Source: Planctomycetota bacterium (GTDB taxonomy: Bacteria > Planctomycetota > JAJSAM01). From it: a stretch of DNA of 64,000 nt. Made by a program: the position numbers and the translations under genes. The notes beneath the pieces are model-generated. The model worked only from the letters and a program-made list of their open reading frames with translations, was not told where the DNA came from and did no database searches. Each line of letters starts with the position of its first letter. The first letter of the stretch is position 1. The stretch is taken from positions 24,733 to 88,732 of the forward strand of contig JAJSAM010000071.1 in assembly GCA_024274785.1 (NCBI GenBank), read 5' to 3'. Positions 1 through 10,085 of this stretch are shown here, piece after piece.

Positions 1-272
1 GGATGGGTGCGGAAGACGCCGACCGGCTTGCCCGACTGCACCAGCATGGTCTCGTCGAGCTTCAGGGTCGTAAGGGTCCGGAGGATGGCGTGATAGGCAT
101 CCCAGGAGCGGGCCGCCTTTCCGGAGCCACCGTAGACGACGAGGTGCTCCGGATCCTCCGCGACCTCGGGATCGAGGTTGTTCTGGATCATGCGGAAGGG
201 GGCTTCGGTCTGCCACCCCAGGCACGAAAGCTCGGTGCCTCTCGGGGCGTGGATAGGCTGGTAACCGGACAC
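1..272 (-). CDS. hutU: Urocanate hydratase, N-terminal part (runs off the window start)
   Basis: Not in the ORF track; manual minus-strand translation from GTG at 272: [57 protein letters not shown]...[14 protein letters not shown], the HutU N-terminus. GAGGTG RBS upstream. Confidence 0.93.
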   Translation of the reverse strand, partial: MSGYQPIHAPRGTELSCLGWQTEAPFRMIQNNLDPEVAEDPEHLVVYGGSGKAARSWDAYHAILRTLTTLKLDETMLVQSGKPVGVFRTH

Positions 273-395
273 GTTTCACCTCGCAGAAAGCAAAGTCATC
301 GCAGTTCCGAAAACTAGCATGGGATCCCAACGATTGCGAAAACGATTGAGCGATTGTGGAATAGACGCAGCCCCACGGTAGTCTCAGGATTCTCC

Positions 396-1487
396 ATGGA
401 ACGGATTGGACTCGACGTCAGCATTCTGGAAGAGGCTCGCTGGACCGGCGTGGAGCGCGCGGCGGTGGGGCTGGTGCGCGCCCTCGGCGAGGTTTCCGGG
501 GGACTCGAGGTCCTGCTCTACAGCCGCAAACCGGTGCTCTGGCCGTTTCCGCTCGGCTCGAACCTGATCGAGCGGCCGGTCGGGGGACCCGGCGCCGTTG
601 CACTCTGGCGCGAAATCGCCCTCCCCGGCGCGCTTGTTCGCGACGAAGTGCGTGTCCTGCACTCCCCGGTCGCCGCGATCCCCTTGTTGACGCGCATCCC
701 CCGCATCGCCACGGTGCATGAAATGCCGTGGCTGCGGCACCCCGGGATCGAAGGGCGACGGCGGGAGCTGATCTACCGGACCCGGATCCGTATCGCCGCC
801 CGGGTGGCAATGCGGTTGTTCGTCCCGAGTGAGACCGTGGCCCGGGATCTCCTCTCGCTCGCCCCGGCCGCGGCCGGGAAAGTGGATGTGCTCTCCTTTG
901 GCGTCGAGGAGATCTTCAAGCCGCTGCCCGACGATCCCTGGCGGATACGGATGCGGCGGCGGTTGGCGCTTCCCGATGATCCGGTGGTGCTCTTCGTCGG
1001 CAAGGCCCGCCGCCGCAAGAACCTTCCCGTGCTGATCGAGGCGGTGCGGATGTTGCGCGACCACATGCGTCCGGCACCGGCTCTCGTGCTGGCCGGCGTG
1101 GATGCCGCCGAGGTGCCCGCGTCCCCCGGGGTGGTGCCCCTCGGCTACGTCCCCGATCGGGATCTCGTGCATCTCTACAACCTGGCACGGGTTCTCGCCT
1201 ATCCCTCGATCTCGGAGGGCTTCGGCTTCCCGCCGCTCGAGGCGATGGCGTGCGGAACACCCGTCGTCGCGGGTCGCGCCGGCGCCCTTCCCGAAGTTTC
1301 CGGGAGCGCCGCCCTGCTCGTCGACCCCGCCTCGCCTTCGGACCTCGCCGCGGCCCTGCGCTCAGCCATCGAGGACCAGGGGTTGCGCCGCGACCTCTCC
1401 GACCGCGGACACTCCCTCGTTCGCGCGTACCGCTGGCCGGGCGTCGCCGAGCGGGCCCTCGGCCTGTTCGGGGTGGTGGCCGCTTGA
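396..1487 (+). CDS. Glycosyltransferase family 4 (GT-B)
   Basis: TGVER, ATVHE, RKNLPVL and YPSISEGFGFPPLEAMACGTPVV motifs; start placed at ATG 396. Confidence 0.9.
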   Translation: MERIGLDVSILEEARWTGVERAAVGLVRALGEVSGGLEVLLYSRKPVLWPFPLGSNLIERPVGGPGAVALWREIALPGALVRDEVRVLHSPVAAIPLLTRIPRIATVHEMPWLRHPGIEGRRRELIYRTRIRIAARVAMRLFVPSETVARDLLSLAPAAAGKVDVLSFGVEEIFKPLPDDPWRIRMRRRLALPDDPVVLFVGKARRRKNLPVLIEAVRMLRDHMRPAPALVLAGVDAAEVPASPGVVPLGYVPDRDLVHLYNLARVLAYPSISEGFGFPPLEAMACGTPVVAGRAGALPEVSGSAALLVDPASPSDLAAALRSAIEDQGLRRDLSDRGHSLVRAYRWPGVAERALGLFGVVAA

Positions 1488-2620
1488 TCATCGCCCTGAA
1501 CGGGACGGCCTACGACGAACTCTCGAGCGGCGCCCGGGACCGATTCCTCCATCTCTATGCCGAGGCCGGGAAACTGTCCGAAGGAGAGGACCGACACCGG
1601 TTCATCATCTACTCGCCGCGAGAGTTCTCCCTCGAGGCGGCGTTTCGCGGGCCGCTTGAGAAGGGAGGGCGGACTCCGTTTTCGCCCGATCGTCCGCTGG
1701 CGCGTTTCTTGTGGAGCCGGGGCTGGTTCAGGAGGCGTCTTTGCGCCGACCGGGCCGATCTCTTCATCACCGACCACTTTCCGGTCATTCGACCGCCCCG
1801 GGGACCTGAGTTTGGAACCCTGCTCACCATCCACGACCTCCGCTACCTGGCCCTCGACGATGCGGGAAGCCTGCTCCGGCGGGCGTGGTTCCGGGCGCGA
1901 TACGCCAGCGTCGCCGGAAACGCGCGAGCGGTGGTGACCGTCTCGAACACCATGCGTGCTGAAATCCTCACGAGGCTGCGACTGCCTGAAGAACGCGTGC
2001 ACGTGGTGCCGAACGGCGTTCCGAACGGCTTTCGTCGTGCCGCTTCGGAAGAGATCGAGAGCGTGCGGAGGCGGTGGCGGCTGCCGTCGGAGCACCTGCT
2101 CTGCGTCGGTGTACTCGAACGCCGGAAGAACCTCGACCTCCTGCTCGATCTCTATGGGATCGACGCTGGGGGGAAGCGCGAACTGCCCCCTCTGGTGATC
2201 GCCGGAAGGGGGGGGCCGGAAGAAGCCCATCTGCGAAACCGGGTCGCCTCGGAGGGCCTGGGTAACCGGGTCCGCTTCGTCGGATATGTACCTGAATCGG
2301 ACCTGGCGGCGCTCTTTTCCAGCGCGTCCGCGCTCCTCATGCCGTCGATCTACGAGGGCTTCGGCATCCCGATCCTGCAAGCCTTCGCCTGCGGGACGCC
2401 GGTCGTCTGCTCCGATCGGGGCGCGATCCGGGAAGTGGCCGGCGACGCGGCCCTGCTTGGCGATCCGGGTGATCCCGGGGCGTGGCACGATGCGGTCCTC
2501 TCGATTCTGGGGGATGGAGATCTTCGGTCCCGGCTCGCCACCGCGGGCCGCGCACGCGCCGACCGCTACTCCTGGACCGCCGCCGCGAGGGCGCTGCTCG
2601 GCGTTCTGGATACGCTCTAG
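1484..2620 (+). CDS. Glycosyltransferase family 4 (GT-B), second of a tandem pair
   Basis: TIHDL, RKNLDLL and PSIYEGFGIPILQAFACGTPVV motifs; TTG start overlaps the upstream TGA. Confidence 0.9.
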   Translation: MIIALNGTAYDELSSGARDRFLHLYAEAGKLSEGEDRHRFIIYSPREFSLEAAFRGPLEKGGRTPFSPDRPLARFLWSRGWFRRRLCADRADLFITDHFPVIRPPRGPEFGTLLTIHDLRYLALDDAGSLLRRAWFRARYASVAGNARAVVTVSNTMRAEILTRLRLPEERVHVVPNGVPNGFRRAASEEIESVRRRWRLPSEHLLCVGVLERRKNLDLLLDLYGIDAGGKRELPPLVIAGRGGPEEAHLRNRVASEGLGNRVRFVGYVPESDLAALFSSASALLMPSIYEGFGIPILQAFACGTPVVCSDRGAIREVAGDAALLGDPGDPGAWHDAVLSILGDGDLRSRLATAGRARADRYSWTAAARALLGVLDTL

Positions 2621-2719
2621 ATATCAGCGCGCCATCGGGATCACGCGTTCCCTGCAAATCATCCCGTCCGCCCGACGGCCTGCGCGCTGATTTTCTCGAC
2701 CTTCGCGTACACTGTTCCG

Positions 2720-3895
2720 ATGGTGGATCAGCGGCTGTACCTCGAAGATCCCGCACGCGAGAGCGCCGAGACCGAAATCGTCTCGTCGGGCACGTCGGAG
2801 GGCACGCCCTACGTCGTCCTGCGCGAGACGGTCTTTTATCCGGAAGGCGGCGGTCAACCCGCGGATCGGGGAGCGATCAACGGCGTCGGCGTGATCGATG
2901 TGCAGACCGTCGGAGACGATATCCGCCACTTCCTCGCGTCGCCTCTCGAGCCCGGGCCGGCGCTGGCGACGATCGATGGCGCCCGCCGCTTCGACTTCCG
3001 CCAGCAGCACTCCGGCCAGCACCTGCTCACCGCCGTACTCTCCAACCGGCACGGCCTCGCCACGACCAGCTTTCACCTCGGAGAGTCCTACGTGGCGATC
3101 GAGGTTGCCGGGCCCGCTCCGGACCCGGCGATGCTGGCCGGCTTCGAGGCCGAAGTGAACCGGGAAATCCGGGCCGACCGCCCGGTGCGGACCCGGTGGG
3201 TGAAGCCGTCGGAACTCGACGCCCTCGGAGTTCGCTCGCGGGGACTTCCGGCGGATCAGCGGGGAGATGTGCGCCTGGTGGAAATCGAGGGCATCGACCT
3301 CAATACCTGCGGCGGCACGCACGTCTCCCACCTCGCGGAACTCCAGGCGATCCACCTGATCGATGCTCACCCGGCGCGAGGCGGAACCCGGATCAGATTC
3401 GTGGCCGGGCAGCGGATCTTCCGGATGCTCCACGCCGACCACGAGCGAAACGCCCGGTTGAAACGGATGCTGGGGGCGGGACCCGGGGATTTCAGCGGGA
3501 TCATCGAGGGCTGGGTCGAAGATCGCAAGGCCACCGCGAAGCGGATCAAGTCGCTCGAGGGGGAACTCGCGATCCATCTCGGCCGGGAGCTCGCCGCCGC
3601 GGGGGGAGCTGAGATCCAGGGGCCCGAGATCCAGGGGCATGTCGGATCCGGTGGGCCGGCTTTCCTGAAAGCGGTGGCTTCTGAAGTGCTTCTGCTTCGT
3701 CCGGATGCGGTGGCCGTTCTCACCGCCGAGGATCCCGCGACCAGCTCGATTTGCTTCCTGGTGCAGGCCGGTCCGGACGGTCCCTCCGATGTGAGCCGGA
3801 TCGGCGCTCGCCTCCGCGACCGTCTGGAGGCCCGGGGGGGAGGCCGGGGCCGCGTTTTTCAGGGGACCGGTGGGGTTCGGAATGGCATGAAATAG
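2720..3895 (+). CDS. Alanyl-tRNA editing protein (AlaX family) with C-terminal DHHA1-like domain
   Basis: FYPEGGGQPADRG, QQHSGQHLL (HxxxH), CGGTH (CxxxH) and terminal GGGRG...QG. Confidence 0.88.
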   Translation: MVDQRLYLEDPARESAETEIVSSGTSEGTPYVVLRETVFYPEGGGQPADRGAINGVGVIDVQTVGDDIRHFLASPLEPGPALATIDGARRFDFRQQHSGQHLLTAVLSNRHGLATTSFHLGESYVAIEVAGPAPDPAMLAGFEAEVNREIRADRPVRTRWVKPSELDALGVRSRGLPADQRGDVRLVEIEGIDLNTCGGTHVSHLAELQAIHLIDAHPARGGTRIRFVAGQRIFRMLHADHERNARLKRMLGAGPGDFSGIIEGWVEDRKATAKRIKSLEGELAIHLGRELAAAGGAEIQGPEIQGHVGSGGPAFLKAVASEVLLLRPDAVAVLTAEDPATSSICFLVQAGPDGPSDVSRIGARLRDRLEARGGGRGRVFQGTGGVRNGMK

Positions 3896-3957
3896 CAGCC
3901 GGAGAGCGACCGATCACGGTAGGCTCGGAGTTTCGTGCATGGCAGCGGGAGAGCGAC

Positions 3958-5103
3958 ATGAGTGAGACGAAGAGGACCTTCGCGGACTGGATCTGGTCGC
4001 TGGTGGGCGTTGCCGGGATCGTCTTCATCCTCGTGGCCATCTACATGCTCGTGGCACCCCGGTTCTCTTCCGACCCGGCCCGGGAAGCGTTGGAGAATCC
4101 GACCGGCGCGGCCCAGAAGCTCTGGAAGGGCGCCAGGGGCAAACTCGCCATGGGCGACATCGAGGGGGGGCTGCGTGACCTGAAGCAGGCGGTCGCCCTG
4201 GTGGAGGGGCGTCATCCGGTCTACCTGAACGACCTCGGAGAAGCCCTGGTCATGGCCGGTCTGTCGGACCAGGCTCCACCCAACTGGCTGGCGGCGATCG
4301 GCCTGCGACCCTTCTACGCGCAACCCTACCTGAACCTCGGGAAGTGGCGCGACGCCCGGGGGGAGTACGGACACGCCCTCGCCCGCTACCGCGCCGCCCT
4401 CGCTTTGCACCCCGAGCCCGTTCCCGAGGATCTCGTGGAGCGCGTCGCCCTGCTGCTTGGCCAGTTCAAGGAGCGCCGTGAGGAAGAGCTGGCGAAGATC
4501 CGGAAGAACCTGCGCGCAAACCCGGCCGACTTTCAGGCTCTGAGCCTCCTCGTCACCGCGGAACTGACCATACTGCGCGCAGACGAGGATGCCGATCCCA
4601 CCGCCGGTCTGCGCCTGGCTTTCCAGAGGATCGGCGAGTCCCTCGGCAACCTGGACGAACTGGTGCGGCGCCAGGAGTCCGGCGTGGCGGACCGCCCGGA
4701 TTCGGTGGTCGACCGGGCCGGTCTCGGAGTGGCGCTGCTGCTTGGGGGCCACCACGAACGCGCCCTCGAAGTCTTTACCACCGCGCTCGAACTGTCCGAG
4801 AATGATCGGATCAGCAACCTCGGCGCCTCCTTCGCCGCCGTCCTCAACGGCAAGGTGGAGGACGAGCGAATAGCCAGCGTGGCCAAGGGCTTTCGCGTGA
4901 ACGTGGCGGCGTGGCTCTCGTACGGCGCGGCGCTGCTCGAACGCGGCGAAACGGTGGAAGCGAGGAAGGTGTTGCTCACCGCGCTCCAACTCAATCCGTC
5001 ACTGCCGGAGACCTACCGACTCCTCGCCAGGACCTTCACCGGCGAGGATGAAACGGAGGACCGGGCGGCGGCGCTGCGCGGTTACAAACGCCTCGGGGAG
5101 TAG
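3958..5103 (+). CDS. Membrane-anchored TPR protein
   Basis: N-terminal hydrophobic helix (WSLVGVAGIVFILVAIYMLV) followed by TPR-like repeats (YLNDLGEAL, PYLNLG, ALQLNPS). Confidence 0.75.
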   Translation: MSETKRTFADWIWSLVGVAGIVFILVAIYMLVAPRFSSDPAREALENPTGAAQKLWKGARGKLAMGDIEGGLRDLKQAVALVEGRHPVYLNDLGEALVMAGLSDQAPPNWLAAIGLRPFYAQPYLNLGKWRDARGEYGHALARYRAALALHPEPVPEDLVERVALLLGQFKERREEELAKIRKNLRANPADFQALSLLVTAELTILRADEDADPTAGLRLAFQRIGESLGNLDELVRRQESGVADRPDSVVDRAGLGVALLLGGHHERALEVFTTALELSENDRISNLGASFAAVLNGKVEDERIASVAKGFRVNVAAWLSYGAALLERGETVEARKVLLTALQLNPSLPETYRLLARTFTGEDETEDRAAALRGYKRLGE

Positions 5104-5700
5104 CTACTTTCCGCCGACGACACCCGCCAGGTAGAGGCCGAGGAAGAGGCAGAGCCCGCCCACCGCGATCGCCACCAGGATCATCAGCAACTGGTGCACG
5201 AATGGACTCTGGCTCAGGTCGTCGAGGAGCACGTTCGGGTTCCTGCGGCCCTTCTTCTTCGAGAACTGGAGCGCACGGTCCTTGATTACGATCTGGTCCG
5301 CGTCGATCGAGCCCGCCGGGCCCGGGGGCGACATCGGCCTTGCGGAAACGTTGAGGTCCTCGACCTGGCGGAACGCCGGTGCCCTGACCTCGGGTTCCGG
5401 AGGGGCCACGACGGCCTCCGGATGATCGAAGCGCAGCCGCGTGGACCCCAGCAGGATCTCGTCACCGTGGTGCAGGACGCGGCGGGTGATCGGCGCATCG
5501 TTCACGAGCGTACCGTTCCGGCTGTTCAGATCGACGATGACGTACTCTTCGCCCTGGCGGAAGACCTTGGAGTGCTCGCGGGAGATCTTTCCGTCCGGAG
5601 GGCGGATGGCCAGGCCTTCACCCCGGCCGATGATGATCGGCTTGACGATTTCGTATTCTCTTCCGGAGAGCTTGCCTGCGATCACCACCAGCTTCGCCAT
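5104..5700 (-). CDS. FHA domain protein with C-terminal TM helix
   Basis: IIGR, ISREH and DLNSRNGT FHA motifs; hydrophobic C-terminus. Confidence 0.88.
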   Translation of the reverse strand: MAKLVVIAGKLSGREYEIVKPIIIGRGEGLAIRPPDGKISREHSKVFRQGEEYVIVDLNSRNGTLVNDAPITRRVLHHGDEILLGSTRLRFDHPEAVVAPPEPEVRAPAFRQVEDLNVSARPMSPPGPAGSIDADQIVIKDRALQFSKKKGRRNPNVLLDDLSQSPFVHQLLMILVAIAVGGLCLFLGLYLAGVVGGK

Positions 5701-5814
5701 GCGTTCACCGTTTCTTCAGCCAGAAATCATGAGCCGGAAATCGTGAGCCGGATACCGGCGCCGGGGACACCGGGTACTCCGGGAACTCCATTATGCCGTC
5801 CGTGGACCGGGGCG

Positions 5815-6807
5815 CTACGAACAAGCCCGCGCCAGCTTCTCCTGGTTCTCCGCGTGACCCATCGTGATCAGAACGTCATCCGGGGAGATCACGGTCTGGT
5901 GGCTCGGATTGAAGCTCATTCGACCGTCGGGCTTGCGGATCGCCACGATGATCAGCCCGAAACCCCGGCGTATGCCCGAGTCCGCCAGGGTCTTGCCGGA
6001 GAACGGACTCGAGGCCTGGATGCGGATCTCCTCCATGTCGATTTCCGATCCCGAAGTCGTCGCCGCCTCGATGAAGTCGATGACGCTCGGTTTCAGGATC
6101 GCGTGCGCCATGCGGATCCCACCGATCTCGTAGGGCGAGATCACCCGGGACGCCCCGGCCCGGGCCAGCTTTCTCGCGGTGCGCTCCTCCTCGCCACGGG
6201 CCACGATCTGGAGGCGGCGGTTCAAATCCCGGGCGGACATGGTGACGTAGACATTGTCCGCGTCCGATGCCAGCACACTGACCAGTCCGCGCGCCCGCAG
6301 AATGCCGGCCTTCGTCAGGTCGTCATCGTCCGTGGCATCCCCCCGGTGGCACAGGTAGCCTTCCTCGGTGGCGCGGTGGGCGGTGTTGTCGTCCAGTTCC
6401 ACCACCACGAACGGGACCCCGCTCCGGTGAAACTCGCGGCAGACGATCATTCCGATCCGACCGAATCCGCACACGATGTAATGGTCCGAAAGCCCGGCAA
6501 TGTCCTTCTCCATCCTGATTCTCCCGAAGATCCGCCGGACCTGGCCCTCCACCAGCAACTCCGTCAGCGATCCGATCACCACACCAAAGAAGAGCAGACC
6601 CAGCGCGATGATGGAGAGGGACACGACCTGCCCCTCGGTCGTCACCGGGACCACGTCTCCGTAGCCGACGGTGGTGAGGGTTACGAACGTGAAGTAGAAG
6701 GACGTGAAGAGTCCCTTTCCTTCAGCGTGATCGAATCCGAATGTGCCTGCGATGAGGATCGCGGCCAGCCCGATGATTCCGATTCGGATTCTGCGCATCG
6801 ATGACAT
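5815..6807 (-). CDS. Potassium channel with RCK (TrkA-N/TrkA-C) domains
   Basis: TTVGYGD selectivity filter between two TM helices; IVCGFGRIG NAD-binding motif. Confidence 0.92.
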   Translation of the reverse strand: MSSMRRIRIGIIGLAAILIAGTFGFDHAEGKGLFTSFYFTFVTLTTVGYGDVVPVTTEGQVVSLSIIALGLLFFGVVIGSLTELLVEGQVRRIFGRIRMEKDIAGLSDHYIVCGFGRIGMIVCREFHRSGVPFVVVELDDNTAHRATEEGYLCHRGDATDDDDLTKAGILRARGLVSVLASDADNVYVTMSARDLNRRLQIVARGEEERTARKLARAGASRVISPYEIGGIRMAHAILKPSVIDFIEAATTSGSEIDMEEIRIQASSPFSGKTLADSGIRRGFGLIIVAIRKPDGRMSFNPSHQTVISPDDVLITMGHAENQEKLARACS

Positions 6808-6870
6808 GGAGATGGCGCATTGTAGGGACTGGTTCGCGTGCTTGGAACCCGGAAGATCCCGGCCGGTTTC

Positions 6871-7131
6871 TCAGTCCTCGTCCGGGAGCGCGAACTTGCC
6901 GCTCCTGAGCTCCCCGATCGCCGCCTCGATGTCCGGCGCGTCATCGTTCCTCGCCAGGAGCCGCACCCAGAGAGGGGATGAGCCAGTGGCGACGGGGTCG
7001 GTGACCTTCATGTTCTCGTCCTCCATGAAGGTATCGAAACCAGACGCCTCGAGCGCGGACCGGAGGATCGTGGCTTCGCTCAGGGAACCGTGAAAGACGA
7101 CCGTCAGGTTCGGGTATTCGGCCTCACTCAT
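6871..7131 (-). CDS. DUF2007-like small putative signal-transducing protein
   Basis: EATILRSALEASGF..F..DEN..VRLL pattern. Confidence 0.6.
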   Translation of the reverse strand: MSEAEYPNLTVVFHGSLSEATILRSALEASGFDTFMEDENMKVTDPVATGSSPLWVRLLARNDDAPDIEAAIGELRSGKFALPDED

Positions 7132-7202
7132 GCCGGTATTCTACCGGCCAGCGGTGCGGAGTGCGCCCCCGGAGATTGATCCATCATGCTATCCTTCCGC
7201 CG

Positions 7203-8174
7203 ATGGAGGAGATCCGCATTCTGAAGGACGACGCCGGGCAACGTCTCGACCGCTTCATCAGGAAGTACCTGAAAGGCGCGGCCCTGCCCACCATCTACAA
7301 GCTGATCCGCACGCGGCAGGTGACGCTGAACGGCAGGAAGTCCCGTCCCGAAAAGCGGCTGGCCGTGGGCGATCTCGTCCATCTCCACTTCGCCGATCGC
7401 CGCCTGGCCGAACTTCGCGGCCCGGAGGAAAAGCCATCCACCCGCCGCCCCCCCGCTTCGGTCCGGGTGCTCTACGAGGACGACGATCTCCTCGCCCTGT
7501 CGAAACCGCCCTTCGTGCTTGTGCATCCCGGTCAGGTGAAAGACGAACCGACGTTGCTCGACTTCATCGCCGCGCATTGTCCGCCCTCCGGCGCACGGAC
7601 CTTCAAGCCCGCGTTGGCTCATCGTCTGGACCGCCTCACCTCCGGGGTAGTGCTGGTCGGAAAGAGCGCCGAAGCCCTCCGGAACCTGACCCAGGCGATT
7701 CGCCGGAACAAAATCAGGAAGACCTACCTGGCCCTGGGGTCGGGGACGCTCCCGGAGGCGAGGGGCGAGATCCGCGCTCCGCTCCGAAGGGACGACACCG
7801 GGGGAGAGGATCGCCCGAAAGTGCGCGTGGACCAGAAGAACGGCAAGCGAGCGGTGACCCGCTATGAGGTTCTGGCCGAATGCCGCGGCCTCTCGCTCCT
7901 GTCGCTTCGCCTGATCACCGGACGAACCCACCAGATCCGGGCTCATCTTCGCTACGCCGGCTGTCCCGTGGTGGGAGATCCGACCTACGGCAACCGGGAG
8001 ATGAACCGCCTCATGCAGGGTCGGTACGGCCTGTGGAGGCAATGGCTGCACGCGCTCGAAGTCGCACTGCGCCATCCGATCACCGGCGAGGACGTGCGGG
8101 TCCGGGCGCCGGTGCCCCAGGATCTGCGGCGGGTGCTGCTGGGAGAAGGGTTTGATGCGCAGGATCTTCCCTGA
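7203..8174 (+). CDS. RluA-family pseudouridine synthase (RluC-like, S4 domain)
   Basis: GQRLDRF, HRLDRLTSG, TGRTHQIRAH and GDPTYG motifs. Confidence 0.9.
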   Translation: MEEIRILKDDAGQRLDRFIRKYLKGAALPTIYKLIRTRQVTLNGRKSRPEKRLAVGDLVHLHFADRRLAELRGPEEKPSTRRPPASVRVLYEDDDLLALSKPPFVLVHPGQVKDEPTLLDFIAAHCPPSGARTFKPALAHRLDRLTSGVVLVGKSAEALRNLTQAIRRNKIRKTYLALGSGTLPEARGEIRAPLRRDDTGGEDRPKVRVDQKNGKRAVTRYEVLAECRGLSLLSLRLITGRTHQIRAHLRYAGCPVVGDPTYGNREMNRLMQGRYGLWRQWLHALEVALRHPITGEDVRVRAPVPQDLRRVLLGEGFDAQDLP

Positions 8175-8206
8175 TGGCTCTACGAGGTTGCGGGTAGCCT
8201 GCTGAC

Positions 8207-8572
8207 ATGGAACCGGTTTCCATCATGGATCACTTCGAGGCGCCGCGGAACGTCGGCGAGATCGAGTCCCCGGATGCGGAGTACCGGGCCGTAAACCCGG
8301 TCTGCGGAGACGAGGTTCACGTCACGTTCCGGCTCCGGGACAAAGGGATCGAGGAGGTGCGCTTCAAGGCCTTCGGTTGCCACGCCTCCATCGCCGCGAT
8401 CAGCCTGTTGACCGAGCGGATCACCGGCGGCTCCGTGGCCGAGGCATTGATGGTGGACCCTGCTATGCTGGCCGGCTGGTTTGCGGATCTGCCCGTGGGG
8501 CGGCGACATGCCGTGGAACTGGCGGTGGATGCGGTGCGTGGGGCGCTCGGCGGGCCGGGAGACAGACGATGA
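8207..8572 (+). CDS. IscU/NifU-N-like Fe-S scaffold protein
   Basis: DHFEAPRNVG, NPVCGD and FGCHAS motifs; the third Cys is replaced (RRHAV). Confidence 0.8.
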   Translation: MEPVSIMDHFEAPRNVGEIESPDAEYRAVNPVCGDEVHVTFRLRDKGIEEVRFKAFGCHASIAAISLLTERITGGSVAEALMVDPAMLAGWFADLPVGRRHAVELAVDAVRGALGGPGDRR

Positions 8573-9909
8573 GAATGTCGGGTGCGGAAAAGGCCGGACT
8601 GTTCGGTGGAGTTCTGTTGGCCGCGGCGGTCGTGGCCTCCGCGGTCATTCTGCTTCGGCCGGAACCTTCCCCGATACTCCCGGCGGACCTGGATGTTGCG
8701 GCGGCCACCGGCACCGCCGCAATATCCACACCGGAAGTGGACGTGGTCGACCGCCCCGGGGAACCCGATCCGGCCGGCATGCGCGAGACACCGGAGGGTG
8801 AGGCGGACCTCCATCGGGAACTATCCCGCCTGCGCAAGATCATCGAGGCCAACGGCGCCGAGATCGACCGCCTGCGGTCGCTCCTGCGAAAGGCGGAAAT
8901 CGCCTTTGAAGAGAAGGAGAAGCAGCCTGAGGTCGTGGCCCGCGAGACGATCGAGGAGCTTCAGCGCTGCGGCCCGGAGACCGATGCCACCCAGATCGAG
9001 GATCTCGTGCAACGGCTCGTCGAAGCCGGAGCGCCGGCAGTGACCGAGATCCAGGGCTATCTGGACAACGGGATGGACGTTAAATTCACCGACACGTGGA
9101 CCGTGTTGAGCGGCCGACTGCTCGGATACCCGGGGCTGAGGCTGGCGCTCATCGACGCCCTCGCACAGATCGGCGGTATCTCCGGGGATTCCGCCCTGAT
9201 CACCGTCCTGCGCGGCAACGAGGCCCCCCTCGAGATCTGCCTGCTGATCGCATACCTCGAGAGAGTGCGCAACGTCCCCGCCGTGCAGGAAGCCCGCCGC
9301 GATGCGGCAATGCGCTACCTCGATCTCGAACCACACCGGCAGGAACGCCAGGTGATCATCCCCCTGCTTGGCGTGCTGGCGGAGCTTCAGCCGCCCGAGG
9401 AGGCCGCGAACGCCCTGCTTCGCTTCATCCGCACGGATGAGCGAAACCCCGCCCAGACCGTGGGCGCCATCCATCTCCTCGACGAGTTGCCGGAGGCAAC
9501 CGCCATCGCCGCGCTGACCGCACTGGCCGTGGATCGGAACATCGGCAAGAAAGCCGAGGAGGCCGCGGAGATGCTGATCATGCGGGACGGCGCCGCGCTG
9601 AGCAGCATCCCCGACGTCCTCGCGAAGGGACACTCGCGGGTCCGCAGCGTGATCTACCGGTATCTCACGCGACCGGTACAGGCGAACCTGCAGGAAGCCA
9701 AGTCCCGCAGTGTACGCTCCGGCCTCGAAGCCATCACTCTCCTCGACGACCTCGACCGGTCCATCGCCGCACGCCGGGCCATCGCCGACGAGTGGAGGGA
9801 GAAGGAGCGGGAGACTAACCTGACCAATCAACTCCTCTCCGCGCGAAGCCGTCTGAACAAGCTCACCGAAGAGTCCGCCGCCCTGAGGAAGCGCTTGACC
9901 GTCGAGTAA
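8569..9909 (+). CDS. Hypothetical membrane-anchored coiled-coil/alpha-helical repeat protein
   Basis: ATG overlaps the upstream stop; N-terminal TM helix, coiled coil, Leu/Ala-rich helical repeats; coding-like codon bias. Confidence 0.65.
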   Translation: MRMSGAEKAGLFGGVLLAAAVVASAVILLRPEPSPILPADLDVAAATGTAAISTPEVDVVDRPGEPDPAGMRETPEGEADLHRELSRLRKIIEANGAEIDRLRSLLRKAEIAFEEKEKQPEVVARETIEELQRCGPETDATQIEDLVQRLVEAGAPAVTEIQGYLDNGMDVKFTDTWTVLSGRLLGYPGLRLALIDALAQIGGISGDSALITVLRGNEAPLEICLLIAYLERVRNVPAVQEARRDAAMRYLDLEPHRQERQVIIPLLGVLAELQPPEEAANALLRFIRTDERNPAQTVGAIHLLDELPEATAIAALTALAVDRNIGKKAEEAAEMLIMRDGAALSSIPDVLAKGHSRVRSVIYRYLTRPVQANLQEAKSRSVRSGLEAITLLDDLDRSIAARRAIADEWREKERETNLTNQLLSARSRLNKLTEESAALRKRLTVE

Positions 9910-10069
9910 GGGGCCGCGCAAGAACAACTTCGCAGGACGGAGAGCGCTGATGCGCCCGAGAAAGCGAGGCGCGAGGAGGGCGCAACCTTGCTGGTTTCAA
10001 CCGACGAGCAACGCCGCTTTGCGGGATGCAGCGGCCCTCGAATGCAGCAGGTATTTCCAGACGGGCCCC
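9910..10069. mobile_element. MITE family copy 1 (opposite orientation to the 35942 and 60937 copies)
   Basis: Begins GGGGCCGCGCAAGAACAACTTCGCAGGACGGAGAGCGCTGATGC directly after TAA 9907-9909; this is the reverse complement of the end of the 60937 copy with one mismatch. Degenerate right end GTATTTCCAGACGGGCCCC. Confidence 0.8.
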
Positions 10070-10085
10070 AATCGGCGAGCGAACC

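Noticed and set aside
3-317. 104-aa + strand ORF
   Set aside because: Antisense shadow of hutU on the minus strand.
3611-3640. 15-bp duplication in alaX (EIQGP EIQGH) and 9-bp repeats at 5761-5789
   Set aside because: Short local slippage duplications with no evident function.
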